Part shown: positions 39,086 through 48,276 of the stretch, one piece after another | Layout: every line of letters starts with the position of its first letter | Numbering within the stretch: position 1 is the stretch's first letter | NCBI GenBank assembly: GCA_963727445.1 | Contig: CAVSGI010000021.1 | Location: 480,001 to 544,000, forward strand | Direction of reading: 5' to 3' | Source of the DNA: an uncultured delta proteobacterium | Lineage (GTDB): Bacteria; Myxococcota_A; Polyangia; Polyangiales; B10-G4 | DNA length: 64,000 nucleotides | The notes under the pieces: model-generated | The model's input: the letters and a program-made list of their open reading frames with translations, nothing else | Databases searched by the model: none | What the model was told of the DNA's origin: nothing | Translations under genes and position numbers: made by a program

Positions 39086-41481
39086 CAGAGCGTTTCCAAG
39101 AAGGCGAGGAGGCGCGCGCGGTCTTCGGCGCTCATTGCCATGAAAGCGTCGCGGATCGAGCTCGCCTCCCCGGCGTGAGCTTCAATCGCTTCCTCGAGGG
39201 TGTCCGCGTGTCCGGAATGCAGATAGGGCGCCGTCTGGGAGATGCCCCAGAGCGGCGCGGTTCGGAATTCGCGCACGTTGGCCGAGGCGTCCTCCACGCC
39301 GGTGGCGTCGGGCGGCAGGACCTCGTGCAGGAGCAGGTCGGAGTAGAGCGGCACCGGCCCGTCGCGTCCCGGCAGGGTGGGGATGTGACAGGAAGCGCAG
39401 CCCACCGTCTGGAAGAGCTCCTCGCCCGCGGCGACGGCGGCCGGATCCTCGGCGTCCTGTCGTGGAGGCGGGCCCAAGAGCTCGAGGAATCGGGTGAGCA
39501 GGATCTCGTCGTCGGCAGAGAACTCCGGGTCCAGCACGTCGTCCGTGTCGTGGATGCGCCCGAAGGTGTAGCCCTCGCGGTATTCGAGGGTCATGCCCAT
39601 CTCGGAGAAGACGGCGTCGCGCACGAACTCGGCGATGGAGGGGATCTGCGCCTTCCAGCCCAGGCGCCCGAGCCGACCGCCGTCGCTATAGGAGGCCTTG
39701 CCCGTGATGCCGTCGGGGGTGATCAGGTCGTCGGGGTCGGCGTTCGCCAGGATCGCTTCGTCGGGGATGCTCTCGATGAGCCCGAGCCCGAAGAGGTGCG
39801 GCGTCTGCCGGTGCTCGTAGACGTTCACCGACGCCTGGGGCAGGTTCGTGTGATCGATCGCCGTCGTCTGTCGGTGGATGATCGTGCCTACCGCGGGCAC
39901 CGTGAACTCGCCCGCCTCGTTCAGGATGCCGTGCCGCATCACGTTGACGCCGCGCGGCCCCGACCCACCGAGCGCCGGCTCGAAATGGCACGCGCGACAA
40001 GAGTCGCCGTTGAAGCGCGGCTGTCCCACACCCTCGGCGAAGCCGAACTCGCGATCGAAGAGCGTCCTCCCCGCTTCGAAGATCGCCTGCTCGTCGCCGC
40101 CGAGCGCGTGCACCGGCCCGCCGTATCCGCCGACCTCGGGGATGGGCTCACCCGGGCGCAGCAGGCCGTGGGTCGCCTGATCGCGCCCGCCGAGGCAGTG
40201 GAGGAACTCGAGGAGGTCGTTCTTCTCGATGAGCGGGAGCCTTCGGTACGCGTCCCGGGCGCCGGTCGCTTCCCCGCCGTGATCGAGGATGGCCTCCTCG
40301 AAGGTGGCCGCCCGTCCATCGTGGAGGTAGGGCCCGACGGCGGAGAGGCCCCACAGGGGTTGGGTTCGAAACTCGGAGCCGGTGGCTTCCTTCATCCGGA
40401 TCCCGTCCGCGAGCTCCGGCCCCATGTCGTGCAGGAGCAGGTCCGAATACGCTGGGATCGGACCGCGTGGGCCGTTCAGGCGCGGCGCGTGACAGTCGGC
40501 GCAGCCCACGCGATCGAAGACCGCCATCCCGCGACGCCCGCGCGGCGTGATCTCCATCTCGGGCACGGCGACGAGCATCGCGAAGCTCACCAGATCGAAG
40601 AGGTCGTCGCCCGACATCTCGGGGTCGGGCGCGGCGTCGTCATCGACGAGGGGCATCGTGGGCGCCGAGGCCTGTGCGCGGCGCGAGAGCGCGTCGGCGA
40701 CGAAGAGATAGGCGCGCGTACCGGTGCCGCCGCTCGAGCTGTCCACGGGCAGCGCGGCCTTCTGCTCTTCGGTGAGCGGGTCGGTGGTGATGCCCACGTG
40801 GTTGAAGAGCGGGCCCCGAATGAAGCCTTCGATCGAGACCGTCTGCGCCTTCATGCCGAAGCGGCCGACGAAGCCCTGATCGTAATTGGGTCGTCCGCTG
40901 ATCCCATCACCGTCCAGATCGTCGGGATCGGCGCGGCTCAGGATCTCCTCCTCGTCGAGCTCGGCGATGAGGCCCACGCCGAAGAAGGGGATCGGGTTGC
41001 GCTGCGCCTGGGTGTTGGTCTCGGGGGGGACTTCGGGGCGCGCATAGTGGGCGTCGCCGTAGTAGTAGATGCGAAGGACCCCGCTGGGGTTGTCGGCGGA
41101 GACGGTGGGCGAGAAGGTGCCGTCGGAGAGGACCTCACCCGCGAGGAAGAAGTTGCGGTACAGGCCCGCGCCTCCGCCCATCACCGGCCGCTCGTGGCAG
41201 GCGGTACAGAAGGTCACGTTGAAGGCGGGGCCCAGGCCTTCGGCGAGGGAGAACTGCCGCCCGGCCACCTTCTGCCCGCGTTCGAAGGTCGCTCGCTGCT
41301 CGGTCGTGGCGTAGGGAACGACGCTGCCCAGAGGGCCGCTGATGTCGGGCGCGATGGGCCCGTGATCCACGGGCTCGGGGTCGCAGGCCGCGAGGGAGAC
41401 GGCGAGCAGCAATGGGACGCAAAAGTGCCTGCACCCGAAGTGCACCCCCTCGATCTGAGTCCCAATTCGGCGAGGCGCCAC
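39085..41481 (-). CDS. Tandem di-haem oxidoreductase (DHOR-type) lipoprotein, 4 haems
   Basis: Two copies of the module 'GP.FN..C.ACH...G.GLI...ADPDD..DGI.G...GR.G.KAQ...C..CH...YSDLLLH...FRT.PLWG...PYLH'. Start uncertain. Confidence 0.88.
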   Translation of the reverse strand: MAPRRIGTQIEGVHFGCRHFCVPLLLAVSLAACDPEPVDHGPIAPDISGPLGSVVPYATTEQRATFERGQKVAGRQFSLAEGLGPAFNVTFCTACHERPVMGGGAGLYRNFFLAGEVLSDGTFSPTVSADNPSGVLRIYYYGDAHYARPEVPPETNTQAQRNPIPFFGVGLIAELDEEEILSRADPDDLDGDGISGRPNYDQGFVGRFGMKAQTVSIEGFIRGPLFNHVGITTDPLTEEQKAALPVDSSSGGTGTRAYLFVADALSRRAQASAPTMPLVDDDAAPDPEMSGDDLFDLVSFAMLVAVPEMEITPRGRRGMAVFDRVGCADCHAPRLNGPRGPIPAYSDLLLHDMGPELADGIRMKEATGSEFRTQPLWGLSAVGPYLHDGRAATFEEAILDHGGEATGARDAYRRLPLIEKNDLLEFLHCLGGRDQATHGLLRPGEPIPEVGGYGGPVHALGGDEQAIFEAGRTLFDREFGFAEGVGQPRFNGDSCRACHFEPALGGSGPRGVNVMRHGILNEAGEFTVPAVGTIIHRQTTAIDHTNLPQASVNVYEHRQTPHLFGLGLIESIPDEAILANADPDDLITPDGITGKASYSDGGRLGRLGWKAQIPSIAEFVRDAVFSEMGMTLEYREGYTFGRIHDTDDVLDPEFSADDEILLTRFLELLGPPPRQDAEDPAAVAAGEELFQTVGCASCHIPTLPGRDGPVPLYSDLLLHEVLPPDATGVEDASANVREFRTAPLWGISQTAPYLHSGHADTLEEAIEAHAGEASSIRDAFMAMSAEDRARLLAFLETL

Positions 41482-41500
41482 CGTGGGGCGGCGTCGGCCC

Positions 41501-42927
41501 TCAGAAGCCCGTGGGTCCCATGCGCCAGAGCACGTTCAGGCTGCCGCCGAGGTACTGATCGACGGCGCCCCCGACCGCCATGGGATCGTCCGGTGAGGCG
41601 TGGAAATCGAGGAAGTACATCTCGGTGCCCACGTCGGCTCGAACCTCGAAGCCGAGGGGCAGGCGGTAGCCGAGGCCGAGGTTCGCCGAAAAGCCCTGGG
41701 CGGTGGTGCCGGGATACCAGGCGGCTCCGCTGATGGCGCCGGTGTCCACCACTGCGCGATAGGCCGCGCCCGCGTAGATGTTCAAGTTGCCGACGGCGAT
41801 GCGGGTGTCGGCGCCGAGGCGCACCTGACCGTAGCTGACGCTGGCGATGTCCGGCGTACCGTCCGAAGCGTGTTCGGCCTGGACCGAGAATCCGTGACGC
41901 GCCCATCCCACCGAGACACCGATCTCGGAGTTGCCCACCGGCACGCGTCCCCGCGCGCCGATGCCCCAGCGACTGTCCTTCGTGGGGTAGGCCACTCCGT
42001 TCGGACCCTGGGTGCTCATGCCCAACGATTGGCTCCCTTGGAAGGTCAGACCGATGTGCGCCAGGACGCCGTTCGTGAAGTGTGCCCCGGGGTAATAGGT
42101 CGCCCCCAGGCCGATGGCTGCGCCGAGCGGCAGGGTGTAGGGCCGCGTGGTTCCGCCGAGGAATCGTTCTGATAGGAGAAGTTGCGGTTGAGCAGGAGCA
42201 GCCCGACCTGGGCCTCCACCGGCGAATATCGGGGCTCGAAGGAGTCCTCTTGCATCGCGGGGATGACCTCGTCGTCGACCGCCGCGCCGCCCGTCGGGTA
42301 GAGCTCGCCGTCGAGGTTGCGGCGGCGGATGTCCTCCAGCTCGTCGTTCACCGACTGGATCCGCGCTTCCGGATCGCTGGGGCCGTCGGCGGGCGGCGGG
42401 GCTTCATCGTCCATCGCGGCCACGTCGGCCTCCTGGAGATCGAAGACCATGTCGGCGCCGCTGGCGGTGGCGGGTCCGGCGCTCGGGCCACCGAGCTGGT
42501 CGGAGATCTCCGTCCACACGGTCTGTCGCACGCGGCTTCTGAGGGCGCGCGGATTGCGCGCGCTGATGCGCGGCTGGGCGATGATCTGTCCGGTCTGTCC
42601 GTCGCGGATGTCGAGGCTCACGTGCCAGCCCCCGCGGCGCTGGACGCGGCCGGTCACGAAGAGGTCGGCGTGCATCGCGCGTCCGGCGCGCGCGAAGTCG
42701 CGATCACCCCGCATGCGCAGCCGCATGCGCCGCGCGGTGCGTGCGAGATCGCTGCGCGGCACCACGGCGACGTCCTGCCCCAAGAGGCCTCGAACGGCGC
42801 CGGCGCGAATGGCGGCCGAGCGGGGGCCGCGGAAGTTCTGCACGACGACCCGATTCTGGGCCTCGGCGAAGTGGGGGATCAGCCACGTCGAGAGGACGAC
42901 GGCCAGGGGGAGCGCGAGACGAGCCAT
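41501..42927 (-). CDS. Exported protein with probable C-terminal outer-membrane beta-barrel (frameshift at about 42160)
   Basis: ORFs 42046..42963 and 41501..42025 join via 'GGTTRPYTLPLGAAIGLGATYYPG'; amphipathic beta-strand pattern in the C-half. Confidence 0.65.
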
Positions 42928-42939
42928 GCCGCTGGGATG

Positions 42940-42955
42940 TTCAATCCACGTGCCA
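42940..42955 (-). promoter_or_regulatory. Putative sigma54 promoter (TTGA variant at -12)
   Basis: Minus strand TGGCACGTGGATTGAA, 13 nt before ATG 42927. Confidence 0.55.
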
Positions 42956-43107
42956 TGGGCCAAAGGACGAGATCACGGCGGAAATCGCCCTCGGCCGGAG
43001 AGGGTTTCGGAGCCTGGCGCGTTCCCTGTGCTCTTTTTCGTGTCGATTGCCACCGAAACGTCGCGCTCCTTGACTGGCCCTGCTCCGCATGGCCATTTTT
43101 GAAGCCC

Positions 43108-43620
43108 TTGTCCGACGCCGCCCCCGACCCTTCTCCCGCCTCCGAGCGGGCTGTCGCCGCCGCGCTCCCCGCGCAGCCGGTGGGCGAGAGCGTGGGCGCT
43201 CAGCTCCTCGGCCGCCTGGTGTGGCTCTTCTTCTTCGCCGCACCCGCGACGGTCTTCCTCATCTCGCTGACGCTGACGGCGGATCCCGCCGGTCACGGCA
43301 CCCACACGCAGCTCGGGCTGCCGCCCTGCGGCTTCCTCGTCGTCACCGGTCTGCCCTGTCCGGGTTGCGGGCTCACGACCTGCTTCACCCACATGATCCA
43401 CGGAGACGTGGTGGGCGCGGCGCGGGCCAACCCCTTCGGCGTGATGCTCTGGCTGGTCAGCGCGGCGACCATGGTGCTCGGCGCGGTGGGCCTGCTGCGC
43501 GGCCTTCCGGTGATCGACACCCTCGACCGTCTTCATGCCGACAAGTGGGCGATCCTCCTTTCGGTCTCTTCGCTGACCGTCTGGGGGATTCGGGTTCTCA
43601 CCCTCCTCTTGGGGCTGTGA
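43108..43620 (+). CDS. DUF2752 membrane protein
   Basis: 'GTHTQLGLPPCGF...TGLPCPGCGLTT...HGD...ANPFG'. Start uncertain. Confidence 0.85.
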   Translation: MSDAAPDPSPASERAVAAALPAQPVGESVGAQLLGRLVWLFFFAAPATVFLISLTLTADPAGHGTHTQLGLPPCGFLVVTGLPCPGCGLTTCFTHMIHGDVVGAARANPFGVMLWLVSAATMVLGAVGLLRGLPVIDTLDRLHADKWAILLSVSSLTVWGIRVLTLLLGL

Positions 43621-45512
43621 GCAGAGACTCCGCGGATCTCGCGCCCGGCACGATGATCGCTGGGCGCTTTCGGGTGGAGTCGCTCCTGGGTTCGGGCGGC
43701 ATGGCCGATGTGTATCGGGCCATCGACGCCGCCACCGGCGCGCCCATCGCGCTCAAGCTCATGCGCGAAGAGGCGGGGCGGATGCAGGAGGCGGTCGAGC
43801 GCGTGCGACGCGAGGGACAGGTGCTGGTGAGCCTCGCGCACCCTGCCATCGTCCGCATCGAGACCTTCGGCCAGACCGACGATGGGCGGATCTTCATCGC
43901 CATGGAGCTGCTCGAGGGCGAAACCCTCGGGGACGTGATGCGGCGCGGGCGTCTCTCGCTGTCGGAGCTCGCGCCGATCGTCGCGGGCACCTGCGCCGGC
44001 CTGGCGGCAGCGCACGAAAAGGGGATCGTTCATCGCGATCTCAAGCCGGACAACATCTTCTTGACCAAGGCCGCCGACGGGATGCAGGTGAAGCTGCTGG
44101 ACTTCGGCATCGCCAAGGTCACCGACGCCAACAAGCTGACGCAGACCGGCGAGGTCCTGGGCACGCCGCGCTACATGGCGCCCGAGCAGCTCTCGGCCGA
44201 GCGGGACCTCGACGGACGCACGGACATCTATGCGCTCGGGGTGATCCTCTACGAGGCGCTCGCGGGCAAGCCTCCCTTCCTCGCCGCGACGGCCACCGAT
44301 CTAATCGTCGCCATTCTACACGGCAAGCATGCTCCGCTGACCGCGCACCGTCCCGACGTGTCGTCGACCATCGAGGGGATCATCGCGCGTGCGATGGCGC
44401 GTGCGAGAGAGGCGCGCTTCGGCACGGCGACCGATCTGGCCAAGGCCTACGTCGAAGCGGCCAGCGGCGGCGCGCGTACGCCGGAAGCTCAGCGCGAGGG
44501 CATGGCGACGGCGTTCGTGGGGAGCTTCGGGGATGAGCCGGAGCCGTCCCCATCGTCGAGCTCGAACGTCGCGACGGCGACGCCCGAGCTGAAGCCAGGC
44601 ACCTTCAGCGAGCTCGAGCAGGTCTCGCGCGACGACGCGCGCCGGCGTGACGTGGAGATGGCGAAGACCGACCCGGCGGGAGGCGTGTCGTCGCCCGCGC
44701 GCGGGAGCATGGGCACGCCACGCGAGGCGGCGGAGTATGCGACGCGGCCCAGCCATCCGTCGGCGATCGGGGCACCGGGGCTCCATGACCCGACGCCGGT
44801 GCTCGCCGACGAAGGGACGCCGCCTCCGCACGGTGGTGCGACGCCCGCGCCTGTGGAGTATCGGCTGCCCACGAGCGGTGGCGGAACGAAGCTGGTGGTG
44901 GTCGGGCTCTTCGCAGGGGCGCTCTCGGCAGGCCTCGCGATCGCGGCGCTGAGCTTCCTCGGGCCGCCGAGCGGAGCGGAGGGATCCGAACCGGAGACGG
45001 CGTCTGCGCCCGACAGCATCGCCGCGACTCCGCCGCCTTCGGACGTAGGCGCTTCGGAGGACGGCGCGGCGGCCGGCGATGGGGAGGAGGAGGTCCCGCC
45101 CGGGCTCGAGCTTCCCGCGGGCGCGCCCGAAGAGCCCGCCGAGGTCGCCGAGACGACCATGCGGCGGCGACATGGAGGGATGCAGCGTCGCGGCGGCGAG
45201 GGGACGATGGGCTCCGAGATGACGGGCGGAGGCGCGCCGGGCCCGAGCGCCGCGGAGCTCACCGCCCAGGCGCGATCGGCCTTGCGCGACGGCGACCCGA
45301 GGCGTTGCGTCGAGCTCACGGGCCGAGCGCTCGAGGCCGGGGCCGGCCCCAGCGCAGCGCGCCTTCGTGGCGACTGCCTCCTGGGCCTCGGTGATCGCAG
45401 CGGCGCCCTCGCCGCCTACGAGCGCTTCTGTCGAAGCGCCAGCGGTCACCCCGCCGCCGACGAGGTCCGCTCGATCGTCGAGGGTATGGGCGGCAGCTGC
45501 GACTCAAATTGA
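43617..45512 (+). CDS. Membrane Ser/Thr protein kinase with C-terminal TPR-like region
   Basis: GSGGMADVY, IALK, HRDLKPDN, DFG, APE; GTGA overlap with the DUF2752 gene. Confidence 0.92.
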   Translation: MSRDSADLAPGTMIAGRFRVESLLGSGGMADVYRAIDAATGAPIALKLMREEAGRMQEAVERVRREGQVLVSLAHPAIVRIETFGQTDDGRIFIAMELLEGETLGDVMRRGRLSLSELAPIVAGTCAGLAAAHEKGIVHRDLKPDNIFLTKAADGMQVKLLDFGIAKVTDANKLTQTGEVLGTPRYMAPEQLSAERDLDGRTDIYALGVILYEALAGKPPFLAATATDLIVAILHGKHAPLTAHRPDVSSTIEGIIARAMARAREARFGTATDLAKAYVEAASGGARTPEAQREGMATAFVGSFGDEPEPSPSSSSNVATATPELKPGTFSELEQVSRDDARRRDVEMAKTDPAGGVSSPARGSMGTPREAAEYATRPSHPSAIGAPGLHDPTPVLADEGTPPPHGGATPAPVEYRLPTSGGGTKLVVVGLFAGALSAGLAIAALSFLGPPSGAEGSEPETASAPDSIAATPPPSDVGASEDGAAAGDGEEEVPPGLELPAGAPEEPAEVAETTMRRRHGGMQRRGGEGTMGSEMTGGGAPGPSAAELTAQARSALRDGDPRRCVELTGRALEAGAGPSAARLRGDCLLGLGDRSGALAAYERFCRSASGHPAADEVRSIVEGMGGSCDSN

Positions 45513-45547
45513 ACACGAATGCCGCTAGCTGATCGCGACTGAGCTGA

Positions 45548-46399
45548 TCAGGAGCGGCTTCTGTCGAGCGCGAGGGTGAGCAGCTCGCCGCCGGTTTCGA
45601 CTTCGTCGGCGGGGCGGGTGGCGTAGCCGAGCTCGAGGGCGGGCTCGGGGTCGAGGGCGGCGCCGAACAGGGTGCGGTCGGCGGCTTGTTCGCGGATCCG
45701 TCCGAGGACGACCTCGGCGCCTTCACCCGGGGTCTCGGGCAGCAGGATCGTGAACTCGTCCAGGTCGGATCGAAAGAGATGGTCGATGCCGCGGATGGCC
45801 TGGCGCAGGCCGCCGGCGAGCTGAACCAGGGCCCCTTCGCCGGCCTCGCGCCCGCTCGCAGCGACGATCTTTCGGTAGTTGCCGATACGCGCGACGACGC
45901 AGGTGAGAGGGTTTCCGTAGCGCGCCGCGCGCGTGTACTCGTAGTCGAGGGTGATCCGCATCTGCTGCGAGGCGCCGGCGCGCGTCAGGGGATCGATCGT
46001 GTCCGATTGGGCCGCGGCCTGAGATTCGGCGAAGCTCACGCGGAGCGCGTTGCGGATGCGCTGCTGGAGCTCGAACACACGATAGGGCTTGGTCACGTAG
46101 TCGTCGGCGCCGAGCTCGAGGCCTTTCTCGCGCGCTTCGAGCTCCTCGGCGCCCGTCACCAGGATCACCGGGATGCCGGCGAGGCCGTCGTCGGACTTGA
46201 GCGCCTTCATGACCTCGAAGCCGTCCAGCTCGGGCATCTCGATGTCGAGCAGGACGAGGTCCGGCCGCTCTCGAGCCACGGCATCGAGGACTTCCTTGCC
46301 GTTGGCGCAGGCCACCACGTCGTATCCCGCCGCCTCGCAGAGCTCCGTCAGGAGCCGCAGATTGAAGGGGTCGTCGTCGGCGACGAGGATGACGCTCAT
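45548..46399 (-). CDS. Response regulator with degenerate GGDEF domain
   Basis: Receiver 'ADDD...LLDIEMP...KP'; the GGDEF-like domain has 'SDLDEF' at the active-site motif. Confidence 0.85.
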   Translation of the reverse strand: MSVILVADDDPFNLRLLTELCEAAGYDVVACANGKEVLDAVARERPDLVLLDIEMPELDGFEVMKALKSDDGLAGIPVILVTGAEELEAREKGLELGADDYVTKPYRVFELQQRIRNALRVSFAESQAAAQSDTIDPLTRAGASQQMRITLDYEYTRAARYGNPLTCVVARIGNYRKIVAASGREAGEGALVQLAGGLRQAIRGIDHLFRSDLDEFTILLPETPGEGAEVVLGRIREQAADRTLFGAALDPEPALELGYATRPADEVETGGELLTLALDRSRS

Positions 46400-46415
46400 C
46401 TCGTCCCTTCAGCCA

Positions 46416-47615
46416 TCACTTGTCGTTCCAGGAGCCCTCGAGGCCGTACGCCTGCACCTTGCGGATCAAGTTGCGGCGGCTGATGCCGAGGGCCTCGGCC
46501 GCGCGGGTCTTGTTGCCTTTCGCCTTCTTGAGCCCGTCGAGGATCATCGCGCGCTCGAGTGACTCCACCGCTTCGGGGAGCGTGCTGGCGTCGATCCGCA
46601 ACCCGGAGCCCGAGCCTTCGCCCGCGTCCTTGTTCTGCTGAACCGTCCGCGCCCCGTTTCGAATCGACGGGGTCAGATGCTCTTCGTCGATGACGCCCTC
46701 GTCCCCCGACAGGACCCAGAGCCGCTCGATCTCGTTCTCGCACTCGCGCACGTTGCCGGGCCAGCTGTGCGCCATGAGGCGTCCGAGGGCGCGCTGGCTC
46801 AACACCTTCTCCCGCCCGTCGCGCTCACCCAGCCGCGCCATGAAGTGGGAGACCAGCGCCGGAATGTCGTCCTTGCGCTCCCGGAGCGGCGGAACCTTCA
46901 ACGCCACCACGTGCAGCCGATAGTAGAGGTCCTCGCGGAACGAGCCGTTCTTCACCATGGTGGCGAGGTCGCGGTTGGTGGCGGCGATGATCCGCACGTC
47001 CACCTTCTTCTGCTCGGTCGCGCCGACCGGCATGAACACGCCCTCCTGCAGCACTCGGAGGAGCTTGACCTGCAAGGCCGGCGACATGTCGCCCACCTCG
47101 TCGAGGAAGAAGGTGCCGCCGTCCGCCACCTCGAAGAGCCCGGGCTTGTCCGCCACGGCGCCTGTGAAGGAGCCGCGCCTGTGACCGAAGAGCTCCGACT
47201 CGAGGAGGTTGTCGTTGAAGGCGCTGCAGTTGGTGGCGACGAAGCGCTTCTTGGCGCGATTGGAGTTCTCGTGAATCGCCTTGGCGACCAGCTCCTTGCC
47301 GGTCCCGTTCTCACCGGTGATGAGCACCGTGGCGTTCGACCCCTTGATGCGGTCGAGCATGCGGAAGAGGTCGAGCATCAGCGGGCTCTTGCCGACGATG
47401 CCCATGTACGAGCCTTCCTCGCCGGCCCGGCGCGGCAAGGCGTCGAGGAACTTCGCCACCGCCAGCCCCGCGGCGTCCACACCGGCCCGCGCCGCGCCTG
47501 CGTCGTCATCGGTACCGCGCACCTCGCAAGCGACCGTGACACCCTCGGTGGGGCTCACTTCGGCTCGCGCGCTCGGCCCCCCGTTCTGCGCTTCGGAGGT
47601 CGTCTCACTCGCCAT
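46416..47615 (-). CDS. Sigma54-dependent enhancer-binding protein (AAA+ and Fis HTH, no receiver)
   Basis: GENGTGKE, GSFTGA, FLDEVG, WPGNVRE, C-terminal HTH. Confidence 0.93.
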   Translation of the reverse strand: MASETTSEAQNGGPSARAEVSPTEGVTVACEVRGTDDDAGAARAGVDAAGLAVAKFLDALPRRAGEEGSYMGIVGKSPLMLDLFRMLDRIKGSNATVLITGENGTGKELVAKAIHENSNRAKKRFVATNCSAFNDNLLESELFGHRRGSFTGAVADKPGLFEVADGGTFFLDEVGDMSPALQVKLLRVLQEGVFMPVGATEQKKVDVRIIAATNRDLATMVKNGSFREDLYYRLHVVALKVPPLRERKDDIPALVSHFMARLGERDGREKVLSQRALGRLMAHSWPGNVRECENEIERLWVLSGDEGVIDEEHLTPSIRNGARTVQQNKDAGEGSGSGLRIDASTLPEAVESLERAMILDGLKKAKGNKTRAAEALGISRRNLIRKVQAYGLEGSWNDK

Positions 47616-47662
47616 GCGAATCGCAAGCTACCACGCTGGTTTGCCCGGTGGAAGCGCTGCCG

Positions 47663-48232
47663 TCAGCCCTCCGCGGCGATCGCCGTGAGAGACTCGCGGT
47701 TCTCGGAAGAAAGGCCCCGGGGCTCGGCGAAGCGTTGGTTCACGATGAAGAGGAGCCTGTCCAGGACCTCCACGTTCAGGACGTCCGCGCCGTCGGGAGG
47801 CGCGTCCGGATAATTGAGCGGGCACCAGGTGACGTCACCGCCGGCGCGGGCGCGAACGGCGTCCACCGGGATGACGTCCGGGGGGTAGGCGAGGGCGTGG
47901 CCCTGTGTGCGGCAGACCAGGGGTCGCGCTTCGTAGATGTCACACGACCCGTCGGAGGCGAGCATGACGCAGGCCTCGCCCGGCGCGCGCGCGCGCTCCG
48001 CGATCTGCGCGCGGCCTTCGGCGTCCATCGACCGGAGGTGGTCGCGCACCGCCGCGGCTTCCACCGGCAGGAGCTCGAGGTGCACGAGGCAGCACTGGTG
48101 GCAACCCCGGCCGCAGCGCAGGTCTGCCTGGCGGCGCGCCTCGATGGCCGAGCCGGCGGCGGCCACCTTTTGGAGGAGCGCGCGATATTCGTCGAGGTCT
48201 TTCGTCACGAGATGCTTCCCTGGGCCGATCAA
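47663..48232 (-). CDS. YkgJ/CxxCxxCC family protein
   Basis: CGRGCHQCC; 'CDIYEARPLVCR'. Confidence 0.85.
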   Translation of the reverse strand: MIGPGKHLVTKDLDEYRALLQKVAAAGSAIEARRQADLRCGRGCHQCCLVHLELLPVEAAAVRDHLRSMDAEGRAQIAERARAPGEACVMLASDGSCDIYEARPLVCRTQGHALAYPPDVIPVDAVRARAGGDVTWCPLNYPDAPPDGADVLNVEVLDRLLFIVNQRFAEPRGLSSENRESLTAIAAEG

Positions 48233-48276
48233 GTAGTGCTAGCGCGTCTCCGTGCTACGTTCCAGCCGCCCCGAAG

